From: a virus | Lineage: Duplodnaviria > Caudoviricetes | Reading direction: 5' to 3' (one strand) | DNA length: 39,952 nt | Virus record (IMG/VR): IMGVR_UViG_3300037047_000031 | Location: 1 to 39,952 of that record | Shown: positions 24,612-33,870 of the stretch, in pieces | How positions within the stretch are numbered: the stretch's first letter is position 1 | How the letters are laid out: the number at the start of each line of letters is the position of its first letter | Position numbers and translations under genes: made by a program | The notes under the pieces: generated by a model | Told to the model about the DNA's origin: nothing | The model's database searches: none | What the model saw: the letters and a program-made list of their open reading frames with translations, nothing else

Positions 24612-26399
24612 ATGCCCCCCAGCTACAGCCCCTACGTGACACAGCGCGTCCTTGCGCTGTCCATCGCCCTGCAGACCGCCGAACGCGGCCAGGCCGGTGG
24701 GCTGGTGAAGGACTGCGCGGCTGAGCTGGCCCTGTCAGTCCCAACCGTCTACCGGATCATGGATCAAGTCACTCTCAGGACCCAGCGCAAACAGCGCAGC
24801 GACGCAGGCGCCGTGAGCCTCTCGCGGCAGGAAGCCGTGGACATCTCGGCCTACCTCATGAGCAGCCTGCGCAAGAACAACAAGCGCTTGAAGTCCATCA
24901 TCCAGGCGGTGGCTGAGCTGCGGGCCAACGGCATCGTGCGAGCCCAGCGCGTTGACGCCGGTACCGGCGAGGTTTTCCCGCTGAGCGAGAGCGCGATCAG
25001 CCGCGCACTCAAGGGCTACCGCCTGCACCCCGAACAGCTGCTGCGCCCCGCACCTGCGAAAGAACTGCGAAGCCTGCACCCGAACCACTGCTGGCAGATC
25101 GACGCCTCGCTGTGCGTCCTCTACTACCTCAAGCCCACCGGCCCGCGCGACGCCGGCCTGCAGGCGATGGACCACGACAAGTTCTACAAGAACAAGCCGG
25201 CCAACTTGAAATCCATCGAGGCCGACCGCGTGTGGCGCTACGCAGTCACCGACCATTACAGCGGCGCCATCTTCGTGCACTACGTGATGGGCGCAGAGAG
25301 CGGCGCCAACCTGGCCGAGTCGTTCATCGCCGCCATCCAGCAGCGCGGAACATCGCCTTTCCACGGCGTGCCTTTCATCCTCATGATGGACATGGGCAGC
25401 GCCAACACCAGCGGCCTGTTCAAGCAACTGGCCCGCCGCCTGCAGGTCAAAATCATTGCCCACGCCCCGGGCAACGCCCGCGCCACCGGCCAGGTGGAAA
25501 ACGCCCACAACATCATTGAGCGCAGCTTTGAGAGCGGCCTGCGACTCACCCCGGTGCAAGACCTCGCGGGCCTCAACGCGCTCGCACTGCGCTGGATCGC
25601 TTGGTTCAACGGCACGCAGGTTCACAGCCGCCACGGCAAGACCCGCTTCGATTGCTGGATGACCATCGACGCCGAGCAACTGCGCATTGCGCCTTCGCCC
25701 GAGCTGTGCCGCCAGCTGGTGAACCACAAGCCCGAAAAGCGCAAGGTCGGCATCAATCTGACTGCTCAATTTGGTGGTGCTGAATACGACGTGAGCAGCA
25801 TCCGCGGCATCGTGGTGGGCGAGAGCGTGATGATGGCCATCAACCCCTACCAAACCGACAGCGCGGTGGTGGTCGATATTGGCGAGGATGGCAACGAAAC
25901 GCTGCACACGGTGCCGCTGGTGTCGCGCGACGAAGGCGGCTGGCGCGGCGATGGAAACGTGATCGACGAGGACTACAGCCGCCACGCCGACACCGAGCTT
26001 GAAACAAACCGCAAGCTGGTCGAGCGCACCATCATGGACGCGCCGACCGACGAAGCCGCCGAGGCCGCGCGCAAGGCCAAAGCGCTGCCGTTCGGTGGCC
26101 GCATCGACCCGTACAAGGTGATCGACGACGCGCCAGAACGCATCTTCCTGCCGCGAAAGGGCGAGGCCCTGGCGGTGCAAACCACGACCGCCGCCACGCC
26201 GGTACCCGCCCGCCTGCTCACCCACTTCGAAGCCGGCCAATGGCTCACCGGCAACGGCGTGGCCATGGGCCGCGAGGTGTACGACAAGCTCCGCGCCTGG
26301 CACCCCGATGGCGTGCCCGAAGACCAGCTCGCCACGCTGCAAGACCGCCTCACCGTGCGCTCGGGTCTGCGGGTTGTGGCAGGGGGTTCGAAGTCATGA
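24612..26399 (+). CDS. DDE transposase (rve/integrase core, B3-like TnpA)
   Basis: WQID, TDHYSG, MDMGS and GQVENAHNIIE give the D-D-E triad. Confidence 0.92.
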   Translation: MPPSYSPYVTQRVLALSIALQTAERGQAGGLVKDCAAELALSVPTVYRIMDQVTLRTQRKQRSDAGAVSLSRQEAVDISAYLMSSLRKNNKRLKSIIQAVAELRANGIVRAQRVDAGTGEVFPLSESAISRALKGYRLHPEQLLRPAPAKELRSLHPNHCWQIDASLCVLYYLKPTGPRDAGLQAMDHDKFYKNKPANLKSIEADRVWRYAVTDHYSGAIFVHYVMGAESGANLAESFIAAIQQRGTSPFHGVPFILMMDMGSANTSGLFKQLARRLQVKIIAHAPGNARATGQVENAHNIIERSFESGLRLTPVQDLAGLNALALRWIAWFNGTQVHSRHGKTRFDCWMTIDAEQLRIAPSPELCRQLVNHKPEKRKVGINLTAQFGGAEYDVSSIRGIVVGESVMMAINPYQTDSAVVVDIGEDGNETLHTVPLVSRDEGGWRGDGNVIDEDYSRHADTELETNRKLVERTIMDAPTDEAAEAARKAKALPFGGRIDPYKVIDDAPERIFLPRKGEALAVQTTTAATPVPARLLTHFEAGQWLTGNGVAMGREVYDKLRAWHPDGVPEDQLATLQDRLTVRSGLRVVAGGSKS

Positions 26400-27601
26400 G
26401 CGCCATTGCTTTGAATCTGCCACAGGTCCACCGCTGGACCTCGCTCAACAAGCTGGGCAAGGCCGTGGGCTTGAGCCCCTCAACGATCAAGCGCGCCACG
26501 CGCGGGCAGTGGCCCGCCATCGGCCACGCCCAGGTGCGCGAGCGCATCAACGCCGCCGTCTCCAAGCTCGGCGCCCAGCCCGCCGACCTCGCAGCGCTCT
26601 ACACAGCGCCGCCCAAAGAAGTTGGCCCCGACGTGGTGGAACACGTCGAGGCCGTTCCCGCCCCCGAGGCCAATGCAACCACAGAAGAGAAGGAAGCCGA
26701 AATGCTACTGCAAAACGTATCCATCACCCCCGAAACGCGCCAGCATTTCGGGCTCCCACGCAACCCCTTCGTTGACGACGTTCAAAGTTCGGGCGACGTG
26801 TTCCAGACATCGAGCGTGCGCTACGTGCGCTCCAGCCTGCTCGACTGCGCCCTACACCACGGCTTCGTCGGCATCGTCGGCGAGAGCGGCGCGGGCAAGA
26901 GCACGCTGGCGAACGACCTGGAAGAACGCATCCGCGTCGAAGGCCGCGACATCGCGATCATCCGCCCCTACGTGCTCGCCATGGAAGAGAGCGACACCAA
27001 GGGCAAGACGCTCAAGAGCGGCCAGATCGCCGAGGCCGTGATCCGCTGCCTCAACCCCTCGGCCAGCATGCGCAGCAGCCCCGACGCCCGGTTTGACCAG
27101 GTGCACCAGCTGCTCAAGACCAGCGCCCGCGCGGGCCGCAAACACCTGCTGCTGATCGAAGAGGCGCACTGCATGCCCACCGCCACGCTCAAGCACCTCA
27201 AGCGCTGGATCGAGCTGCTCGACGGCTTCCGCCGCCTGATCGGCGTGGCCCTGATCGCACAGCCCGAATTGCGCGCCCGCTTCGCCAGCGCAGGCCCCGA
27301 GCTGCGCGAGGTGGCCCAGCGCTGCGAACTCATTGAACTGGGCGCGCTGGACGCCGACCTGGAGGGCTACCTCCGCCACAAGTTCGCCCGCTTCGACCTC
27401 AAGTACGAGCAGGTGTTCGCCGCCGACGCGGGCGATGCGATTCGCGCCCGGCTGATCCACCTGCCGCGCGGCGCCCGCCCGCAGGACGCCCGCAGCGTCT
27501 GCTACCCGCTGGTGGTCAACAACCTCGTGAGCCGCGCCATGAACGCCGCCGCAGCTGCTGGTTACCCGGTGGTTGACGGCAACGTGATCGCCCATTGCTG
27601 A
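26396..27601 (+). CDS. Transposition AAA ATPase (MuB analogue, ExeA-like) with N-terminal HTH
   Basis: Walker A GESGAGKS and Walker B LLLIEEAH. ATGA overlap with the transposase. Confidence 0.92.
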   Translation: MSAIALNLPQVHRWTSLNKLGKAVGLSPSTIKRATRGQWPAIGHAQVRERINAAVSKLGAQPADLAALYTAPPKEVGPDVVEHVEAVPAPEANATTEEKEAEMLLQNVSITPETRQHFGLPRNPFVDDVQSSGDVFQTSSVRYVRSSLLDCALHHGFVGIVGESGAGKSTLANDLEERIRVEGRDIAIIRPYVLAMEESDTKGKTLKSGQIAEAVIRCLNPSASMRSSPDARFDQVHQLLKTSARAGRKHLLLIEEAHCMPTATLKHLKRWIELLDGFRRLIGVALIAQPELRARFASAGPELREVAQRCELIELGALDADLEGYLRHKFARFDLKYEQVFAADAGDAIRARLIHLPRGARPQDARSVCYPLVVNNLVSRAMNAAAAAGYPVVDGNVIAHC

Positions 27602-27615
27602 GAGGAGTACTCACC

Positions 27616-27771
27616 ATGATTTTTCGACTTCAAGTGACCCTGCAAGACGGCAAGCGCTTTGCAGGCGTGGGCTTCTTCTCAGACCAGGGCGAAGCCATCA
27701 ACCAGACCTGGGCCGACTACCCCGAGGCCAGCTCCATCACCGCCATCTGCCTGCGAGGAGAGCAACCATGA
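27616..27771 (+). CDS. Hypothetical 51-aa protein (absent from the ORF track)
   Basis: GAGGAG RBS, MIFRLQVTLQDGKRFAG..., ATGA-coupled to the next gene. Confidence 0.7.
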   Translation: MIFRLQVTLQDGKRFAGVGFFSDQGEAINQTWADYPEASSITAICLRGEQP

Positions 27772-28082
27772 ACTGCTGCGACGACAACGGCAAATGCACC
27801 AACGGCCCCGACTGCGCCGCGCGCGCCGAGCGCAGCTGCGATGCCCTGGGCCTGTGCCAGGGCAAGAGCCCGCGCTGCGACGGCTGCACCACTGGCCTGC
27901 AGCTCACCAGCGAAGGCATCCGCTTCGCGCCCGGCGTGATCGAGCACGAGCCGGGCGGTCTGTTGGGCACACCAGCCCAGCGCCGCGAGTTGGCGCGCTG
28001 GCTCGTTCCCTCCCTGCTGTTCTCGGCGGTGATCGGCCTGGTCGGGTTGGTGGTGGGCCTGATCGCGGGGAGGCTGTCATGA
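27768..28082 (+). CDS. Hypothetical Cys-rich protein with C-terminal TM helix
   Basis: MNCCDDNGKC...C...C...C and a hydrophobic C-terminus. Coupled overlaps. Confidence 0.7.
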   Translation: MNCCDDNGKCTNGPDCAARAERSCDALGLCQGKSPRCDGCTTGLQLTSEGIRFAPGVIEHEPGGLLGTPAQRRELARWLVPSLLFSAVIGLVGLVVGLIAGRLS

Positions 28083-28465
28083 GGCGCGCCGAGACCTACA
28101 ACGGCGGCGTGTACCGCCTGACGCTGCAGCCGCGCATCCGCCCGGTGGCCCCGGCGAAGGCCGAGAAGCCGCCGAAGACCAAGTGGGTGGCCGCCGTGTC
28201 GCCCGAAGCGCGAGCGGCCTGGCTGCGCATGCGCGACGAAGGCGGCTGGTGGAGCGCCCAGGAGCTCGGCCGCGAGCTGGTGCCAGACCTGATGGACCGC
28301 GCGCCCTGCGCTGCTGGCCGCTGGCTGGGCGCGCTGCTCAAGCGCGGGCATGTGGTTCTGAAGCCGAACTACCTGCGGCTCAAGAGCTACGGCGTCACGG
28401 CGCGCTGCATCCCGATCCCGGGCGAGAGCCTGGAGCCTTGCGCCCACACCACACCACAGGAATGA
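28079..28465 (+). CDS. Hypothetical protein, possibly winged-helix
   Basis: GGGAGG RBS and ATGA overlaps. Confidence 0.65.
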   Translation: MRRAETYNGGVYRLTLQPRIRPVAPAKAEKPPKTKWVAAVSPEARAAWLRMRDEGGWWSAQELGRELVPDLMDRAPCAAGRWLGALLKRGHVVLKPNYLRLKSYGVTARCIPIPGESLEPCAHTTPQE

Positions 28466-28731
28466 CCGCCATGCACACCGACATCAATCAAGACACAGCG
28501 CCCGACGGCCAAGAGCAAGCACTGAACGACCTGGTCAACCAGCTGGTGTTGATCGCCGAAAAGGCGCCCACCCACCGCCTGATGCTGATCGCGCTCGCAT
28601 CCACCTACAAGGCCGTGGCGATCACCCACCCCTGCTGCACCCACCAGGCAGCCAAGACCGCGCTGCACCTCGGCGGCGATCTGCTGGTGCGCGCCATCAA
28701 CACCAGCGGCCCCACCGGCCCCATCCACTGA
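28462..28731 (+). CDS. Hypothetical protein
   Basis: ATGA overlap and codon usage like the neighbours. Confidence 0.6.
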   Translation: MTAMHTDINQDTAPDGQEQALNDLVNQLVLIAEKAPTHRLMLIALASTYKAVAITHPCCTHQAAKTALHLGGDLLVRAINTSGPTGPIH

Positions 28732-28749
28732 AACCACCAGGAGCAACCC

Positions 28750-29265
28750 ATGGCAACCCGAATCAAGACCACCAGCGGCGGCAACGTGCCGCAGTCCAAG
28801 GCCGACGCGATGCGCGACATCAAGGCCATCGGCGACCTGCAGCGCGAGCTGGGCCGCGTCCAGGCGGACGTGAACGACGAGATCGCCAACCTGACGAAAA
28901 AGGCCGCGCCCAAGATCGAGAGCCTGCGTGAGCGCCTGACCGAGCTGCAGGCCGGTGTGCACACCTGGTGCGAGGCTCACCGCGTCGAGCTGTGCGGAAA
29001 GGGCAAGACGGCCAACTTGGTCACCGGCGAAGTGAGCTGGCGCCAGCGCCCGCCGAGCGTGTCCATCGCCAAGGCCGACGACGTGATGCAGCGCCTGCGC
29101 GATCTGGGCTTGGTGCATTTCCTTCGCTCGAAAACCGAGATCAACAAGGAAGCCATCCTGGCCGAGCCTGCCGAGGTGGCGGGCATCAAGGGCATCAAGG
29201 TGGTGACCGGTGTCGAAGACTTCGTGATCACACCGTTCGAGGTGGAAGTGGGAGAGACGGTGTGA
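28750..29265 (+). CDS. gam: Host-nuclease inhibitor Gam
   Basis: IGDLQRE, WCEAHR, GEVSWRQRPPSV, EINKEAIL and EDFVITPFE motifs. Confidence 0.95.
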   Translation: MATRIKTTSGGNVPQSKADAMRDIKAIGDLQRELGRVQADVNDEIANLTKKAAPKIESLRERLTELQAGVHTWCEAHRVELCGKGKTANLVTGEVSWRQRPPSVSIAKADDVMQRLRDLGLVHFLRSKTEINKEAILAEPAEVAGIKGIKVVTGVEDFVITPFEVEVGETV

Positions 29266-30203
29266 TCAAGAACGCCACCATCTACCGCATCGCCACGCCC
29301 AACACCTTGCTGTCGGTCGAGCACATGGAGGAGTGCCTGCAGAAGGCCGCGTTCGTGCCCTGCAGCGGCACGCAGGACCGCGCCGTGGGCTGGGTTGAGC
29401 CGCGCGGTGAAGCACACGGCGCCCTGGTCGAGCTGATCGCCGGCCAGCGCATCTTGAAGTTGATGATCGAGACCAAGATCGTGCCCGGCGCCCAGGTGCG
29501 AACCAACGCCCAGGCCGCCGCTGACATGATCGAAGCCCAGACTGGTCGCAAGCCCGGCAAGAAGGAGATGAAGGCGCTGCGTGAAGACGCCCTGCTGGCG
29601 CTGCTGCCGAATGCCTTCGCTCGCCAGGCGGCAGTGTGGATCTGGATCGACCTGAACGCCGCCCTACTGGTGATCGGGTCGACCAGCCGACGCCAGATCG
29701 ACGAGGCAGTGACCGCACTGATCAGAACCTTCGGTCACCTGCAGCTGTCGCTGGTGCAGACCAAAGTCACCCCTCAGACCGCCATGACCAACTGGCTGGC
29801 AGCGCGCGACGACGACGAGCGCCCGGACGCTTTCAACGTCGAACGCGAGTGCGAGCTGAAATCTGGCGATGAAGAGAAGTCGGTGGTCCGCTTCAACCGC
29901 CACAGCCTGGACAACGACCAGGTGCGCAAGCACATCGCCGAAGGCAAGCTACCCACACGCCTGGCACTGAGCTGGGAAGGCCGCGTCGGCTTCGTGCTGA
30001 CCGAGTCCATGCAGCTCAAGAAGATCGCCTTCCTGGAGGGCGTGTTCAACGACCGCGCAGATGACAGCGAGAGCGGCTTCGACACCGACGTGGCCCTGAC
30101 CACGGGCGAGCTGGGCAAGCTGATCCCGGCGCTGCTGATGGCGCTGGGTGGCGAGGTGATGACCGCGCAGGGTAGCGGGCTGGTGATGGGGAGCCCGGAA
30201 TGA
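29262..30203 (+). CDS. rdgC: Recombination-associated protein RdgC
   Basis: KNATIYR, GW-x-x-P, LLPNAF, HIAEGKLPTRLALSW and ALGGE motifs. GTG start. Confidence 0.92.
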   Translation: MIKNATIYRIATPNTLLSVEHMEECLQKAAFVPCSGTQDRAVGWVEPRGEAHGALVELIAGQRILKLMIETKIVPGAQVRTNAQAAADMIEAQTGRKPGKKEMKALREDALLALLPNAFARQAAVWIWIDLNAALLVIGSTSRRQIDEAVTALIRTFGHLQLSLVQTKVTPQTAMTNWLAARDDDERPDAFNVERECELKSGDEEKSVVRFNRHSLDNDQVRKHIAEGKLPTRLALSWEGRVGFVLTESMQLKKIAFLEGVFNDRADDSESGFDTDVALTTGELGKLIPALLMALGGEVMTAQGSGLVMGSPE

Positions 30204-30514
30204 GCGCCCTCACAACAAAGCAGTTGGCGATGCAGTGCGCCATGCTCACCGCCGCCGAGAAAGAAATCGCACGCAGCGGCGCAGCCACGGTGACCTTTGA
30301 GGACCACCACCAGGACTTCTTGACCTGGCACATCAAGGACCGCCGTGTTGTCGGCTGCGAGCCTTTCCAGGCTGACATCTGGGTGGGCCTGGAGATCACC
30401 ACGCTGCCGATGGTCGGCCGTCTAATGGGCGTGCGCGATCGCGATGGCGTTGAGCGATTCATCAAGTACCCGATTCAGAAGGTTGAGCCGTTTCGTGGGG
30501 AGGTGCGCTCATGA
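30200..30514 (+). CDS. Hypothetical protein
   Basis: FEDHHQDFLTW...CEPFQADIW. ATGA-coupled. Confidence 0.75.
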   Translation: MSALTTKQLAMQCAMLTAAEKEIARSGAATVTFEDHHQDFLTWHIKDRRVVGCEPFQADIWVGLEITTLPMVGRLMGVRDRDGVERFIKYPIQKVEPFRGEVRS

Positions 30515-30738
30515 AGCTCCCGGTCCAGCTCCAGTTCAATCAATCGGGCGCCTGGCGCGGTTCAGTCATCTTCGACATGAAGGACGTGCCAGCCGAACTC
30601 CTGATGGCTGCAGACACCTTGGCGCGCCTGTCTCGATCATCGGCTCGCATCGTCGCCTGCACCCAGGGAGACAACGGCCGAGAAGTTCCCACCCGGATGG
30701 TGGTTGGAACGTGGTCGCGCGAGAAAGGCTGGGCATGA
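30511..30738 (+). CDS. Hypothetical protein
   Basis: GGAGG RBS and ATGA overlaps. Confidence 0.7.
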   Translation: MKLPVQLQFNQSGAWRGSVIFDMKDVPAELLMAADTLARLSRSSARIVACTQGDNGREVPTRMVVGTWSREKGWA

Positions 30739-30944
30739 GCACCAACCCGATCACCGCAGCGAAGAACGCCCAGGGCTACGTGTCCGCCACCCAGCGCAAG
30801 CGCTGCGGCAGCTGCCAGCACCTGAATGAAGCCTATGGCAGCACCTTGCAGTGTCGAACCGGCGGCTACCTGGTCTCGCTCTACGCGGTGTGTGACCGCT
30901 GGGCCATCAAGCAGCCGCCCGGTTTCAAGCAGCCGACGGGCTGA
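30735..30944 (+). CDS. Small four-Cys (zinc/Fe-S-binding) hypothetical protein
   Basis: CGSCQH...C...C. ATGA overlap. Confidence 0.7.
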   Translation: MSTNPITAAKNAQGYVSATQRKRCGSCQHLNEAYGSTLQCRTGGYLVSLYAVCDRWAIKQPPGFKQPTG

Positions 30945-31132
30945 CCCGTCCACAACGCGCGCCGGCCCCAGGTGGGGCGCGATAGGCCGGTGGGGATAGG
31001 CGGTGGGTGCCCCAGGTTTGCAGACCCAACTACCGCAGTCGAAGGCCGGTGCAACTTTCCCACCAGCCCGAACCGACCGGCTTCCCGAGGTGGCCGTGAG
31101 CACCTCGGACCACCCGCCTTTCGGCTGATTTC

Positions 31133-31159
31133 AAAAGAGCACCCACCAGGTGCTTTTTT
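31133..31159 (+). terminator. Intrinsic terminator within the early operon
   Basis: aaaagagcacc-cacca-ggtgctttttt. Confidence 0.75.
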
Positions 31160-31179
31160 GCAAGCAACTGGAGAACCAC

Positions 31180-31595
31180 ATGGACCGCGAAACCGCCCTC
31201 ACAAAGATCAAGAAGTGCCTCGCCCTGGCGAAGTCGAGCAACGAGCATGAAGCCGCTGCAGCGATGCGCCAGGCTCAGAAGCTGCCCACATCGCCCGCCA
31301 GCCCAAGGCCTGCAAGATGATCACGAAGACAGCCAGAGGCGACGAATTCGCGATGGGATGGGTCATGGCCGTGCGCGATCTGCTCGACACGTTTGCGGGC
31401 TCCGAGTCCAACACGCTGCTGATTGAGCAGTACAGCGCGATCCACTTTCCGGGCACCACCACGGTCAAGCCGAAGGACCGCGCGAAGGGGCGTAACGTCT
31501 CCAACAACGATTTCTTCCAGGGCCACCGCGCCGGGAAGAGCGCTGAGCTGAATCGCGGCGTGGGTGGTGTGCCAGAGCGAGGGCTGATCGCATGA
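31180..31595 (+). pseudogene. DUF2786-family gene with out-of-frame internal deletion
   Basis: N-terminus KIKKCLALAKSSNEHEAAAAMRQAQKL runs into a stop at 31318-31320. The C-terminal part (F-x-x-GWV...G-x-x-AG-x-x-A-x-L-x-x-GV) is in another frame from ~31284. Confidence 0.75.
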
Positions 31596-32062
31596 AGCCG
31601 ACCACCAACCACATCGCCGCGATCCACGTCCTGAAGGCCCAGCTGCGCCTGACCGAAGACGACTACCGCGCGCTGCTCAACGCGCTCACGCTCAAGAGCA
31701 GCACCAAGGACATGACGCAAGCGCAGCGCCAGCAGGTGCGCGACCATATGCAGAGCCTGGCAGAGCGCGCGGGCCTGGCAGCACCATCCCGAGGTGGTGC
31801 TCGCAGTGGGTCGGACTGGCAGGCCAAGCGCGCCGCCGCAAGCCCGCAAGAGCGCAAGGTCTGGGCGATCTGGAACGCGCTCAAGCGCGCGGGCGTGATC
31901 GAGAACAACAGCAAGAAGGCGCTCGACGCTTGGGTGAAACGCACGGTGCAGGTCGACGCGCTGGAGTTCTGCACCGGCCCGCAGCTGGACACGCTGATCG
32001 AAGCACTCAAGCGCTGGCAAGACCGGAGTGTGAAACGCGAGGTGACCCATGGCAAAGCCTGA
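31592..32062 (+). CDS. gemA: GemA (Mu gp16) family protein
   Basis: IHVLKAQL...DDYRALL...KSS...IEALKRW. Upstream of mor. Confidence 0.9.
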   Translation: MKPTTNHIAAIHVLKAQLRLTEDDYRALLNALTLKSSTKDMTQAQRQQVRDHMQSLAERAGLAAPSRGGARSGSDWQAKRAAASPQERKVWAIWNALKRAGVIENNSKKALDAWVKRTVQVDALEFCTGPQLDTLIEALKRWQDRSVKREVTHGKA

Positions 32063-32414
32063 ATTCGTTTTTCAGTTCCCTGAGAACTACCCCGACGTCC
32101 TGGAGCAGATGGGCCAGGTGATTGGCCGCACACTGCTCAAGCACGGGCTCAAGAAGCCGCAGGCGCAGGCCGTGGCGTTTGAATCGGTCGAGGGCATCCG
32201 CTCCGATCTGGGCGGCGCGTTCCTCTACATCAACAAGGGCGTGAGCTACGAGCTGAGCCTGCGCGACCGCGAGATCTGGGAAGAGTTCGACGGCAAGAAC
32301 TACTTCGAGCTGTCGAAAAAGCACAAGCTCAGCGAGATGCAGATCCGCAACATCATCAACGCCATCCGCGCGCAGGAGCTGGCGAAGCGGCAGGGCTCGC
32401 TCAGCTTCGACTGA
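32049..32414 (+). CDS. mor: Mor/C family transcription activator
   Basis: GGAFLYI...RDREIWEEFDGKNYFELSKKHKLSEMQIRNII. Confidence 0.92.
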   Translation: MAKPEFVFQFPENYPDVLEQMGQVIGRTLLKHGLKKPQAQAVAFESVEGIRSDLGGAFLYINKGVSYELSLRDREIWEEFDGKNYFELSKKHKLSEMQIRNIINAIRAQELAKRQGSLSFD

Positions 32415-32417
32415 CGA

Positions 32418-32462
32418 CAATAAAGCGTTTTAATTCCCCGCCCGTGAGGGTATGGACACACT
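32418..32462 (+). promoter_or_regulatory. Late promoter for the packaging/portal operon
   Basis: CAATAAAGCGTTTTAAT-N22-CACACT, immediately after mor. Confidence 0.72.
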
Positions 32463-32501
32463 GGTGCGCAGGCCATTTCAAAGGCCATATCTGCACCAGA
32501 C

Positions 32502-32744
32502 ATGAGCACACACGGCGACATCATTGACCGCGCGAACGACCGCGCACAGCAACTGACCGACGACAGCATCGCCGACGTGCGCCGTCAGCTCGCTGACCAG
32601 GCCACCCGGCCCAGCGCCACCGAGTGCGAGGCCTGCGGCGCCACCATCCCAGCGGCCCGCCGCGCCGCACTCCCCGGCGTCTCCACCTGCGTGGACTGCG
32701 CCACCGCCGCCGAATACCACAACCGCCTGGGGATTCGGCCATGA
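32502..32744 (+). CDS. TraR/DksA C4 zinc-finger protein
   Basis: DIIDRA...CEACGATIPAARRAALPGVSTCVDC. Confidence 0.92.
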   Translation: MSTHGDIIDRANDRAQQLTDDSIADVRRQLADQATRPSATECEACGATIPAARRAALPGVSTCVDCATAAEYHNRLGIRP

Positions 32745-33019
32745 CGATCCAGGTTGACTTCTGGCACATCGCCAGCCTGCTGATCGGCTTCATCGGCGTG
32801 ATCGCCGCCTTCGGCCAGATCCTGCTGGCTCAGATGGACAAGCGCATCGACGCGCAGAACGACCGTCTCACGCGCTTCGAGAAGGAATTCAACGACCACA
32901 AGTCCACGCTGCCGCTGATGTATCAGCGCCGCGAAGACACCATCCGCTTCGAGACCACGCTGAACGCCAAGCTCGACGCGCTGTACGCATTGATCGAACG
33001 AATCCGGGAGGCACGATGA
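32741..33019 (+). CDS. Small membrane-anchored coiled-coil protein (Mu gp25 position)
   Basis: N-terminal TM, LPLMYQRRED motif, ATGA overlaps. Confidence 0.75.
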   Translation: MTIQVDFWHIASLLIGFIGVIAAFGQILLAQMDKRIDAQNDRLTRFEKEFNDHKSTLPLMYQRREDTIRFETTLNAKLDALYALIERIREAR

Positions 33020-33327
33020 ACATCGACATGGACAAGGCCGCGCGCGAAGCTTTGCGCTGGCTGATCCTGCAGGCACTGAACTCGGCGCAGCCCATCGGCG
33101 CGAGCGAGCAGGTGCTGTTTCAGGCCATCGTGCCGAGCCAGCCGATGCTGACCACGCTGGAGCTGCGCCGCAATCTGGACTACCTGCAGGAGCGCGAGCT
33201 GCTGCAGATCACGGGCAAGACCGAACATCCCTGGTGGTTCGCCAAGCTCACGCGCCACGGCGTGGACGTTGTCGAGTACACCGTGCCCATCGAGCCCGGA
33301 ATCGCCCGTCCCAACAAGTATTGGTAA
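33016..33327 (+). CDS. Mu gp26-like winged-helix protein
   Basis: RWLIL...LDYL...LTRHGVDVVE...PGIARP. Confidence 0.8.
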   Translation: MNIDMDKAAREALRWLILQALNSAQPIGASEQVLFQAIVPSQPMLTTLELRRNLDYLQERELLQITGKTEHPWWFAKLTRHGVDVVEYTVPIEPGIARPNKYW

Positions 33328-33336
33328 GGCCCAGCC

Positions 33337-33870
33337 ATGCCCCCGCGCAGCAAAGTTGAGGGTCTGCCCAAGGCCGTAAAGGAGTGGCTCGATCGCGCGT
33401 TGGTCGAGGGAAACTTCGCGGGCTATGAGGCGCTGAGTGCGGAACTCAAAGCGCGTGGCCACGGCATCAGCAAGACCGGGCTACACCGATACGGGCAGGC
33501 TTTCGAGGAGCGCCTGCAGGCCCTCAAGCTGGTGACCGAACAGGCGCGCGCCGTGGTGGCTGCAGCGCCGGACGAAGACGACGCGGTGAACCAGGCCCTG
33601 GTGCGAATCACACAGGAGAAGCTGTTCAGCCTGATGATGGATCTGGAGATCGACCCCAAGACGGTGGACATCGCCAAGATCACGAAGAGCATCGCCGACT
33701 TGGCGCGCAGTTCGATCAACGTCAAGAAGTTCCGGGGCGAAGTGGAGGCCGAGACGCGCAAGCGCATCCGCCAGGAACAAAACGACAAGCTGGAGAGCGG
33801 CATCAAGGCGCGCGGCATGGGGCCAGAGATGGCCGAGTGGCTGCGCCGTGAAGTGCTCGGGATGGCCTGA
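33337..33870 (+). CDS. Small terminase-like protein (Mu gp27, DUF3486)
   Basis: SKVEGLP...ISKTGLHRYG. Directly upstream of the large terminase. Confidence 0.85.
   Translation: MPPRSKVEGLPKAVKEWLDRALVEGNFAGYEALSAELKARGHGISKTGLHRYGQAFEERLQALKLVTEQARAVVAAAPDEDDAVNQALVRITQEKLFSLMMDLEIDPKTVDIAKITKSIADLARSSINVKKFRGEVEAETRKRIRQEQNDKLESGIKARGMGPEMAEWLRREVLGMA

Noticed and set aside
30945-31130. tRNA, ribozyme or cobalamin riboswitch in the structured gap
   Set aside because: I see no cloverleaf with a TTC loop, no hammerhead core and no B12 box. It is kept only as a generic attenuator candidate.
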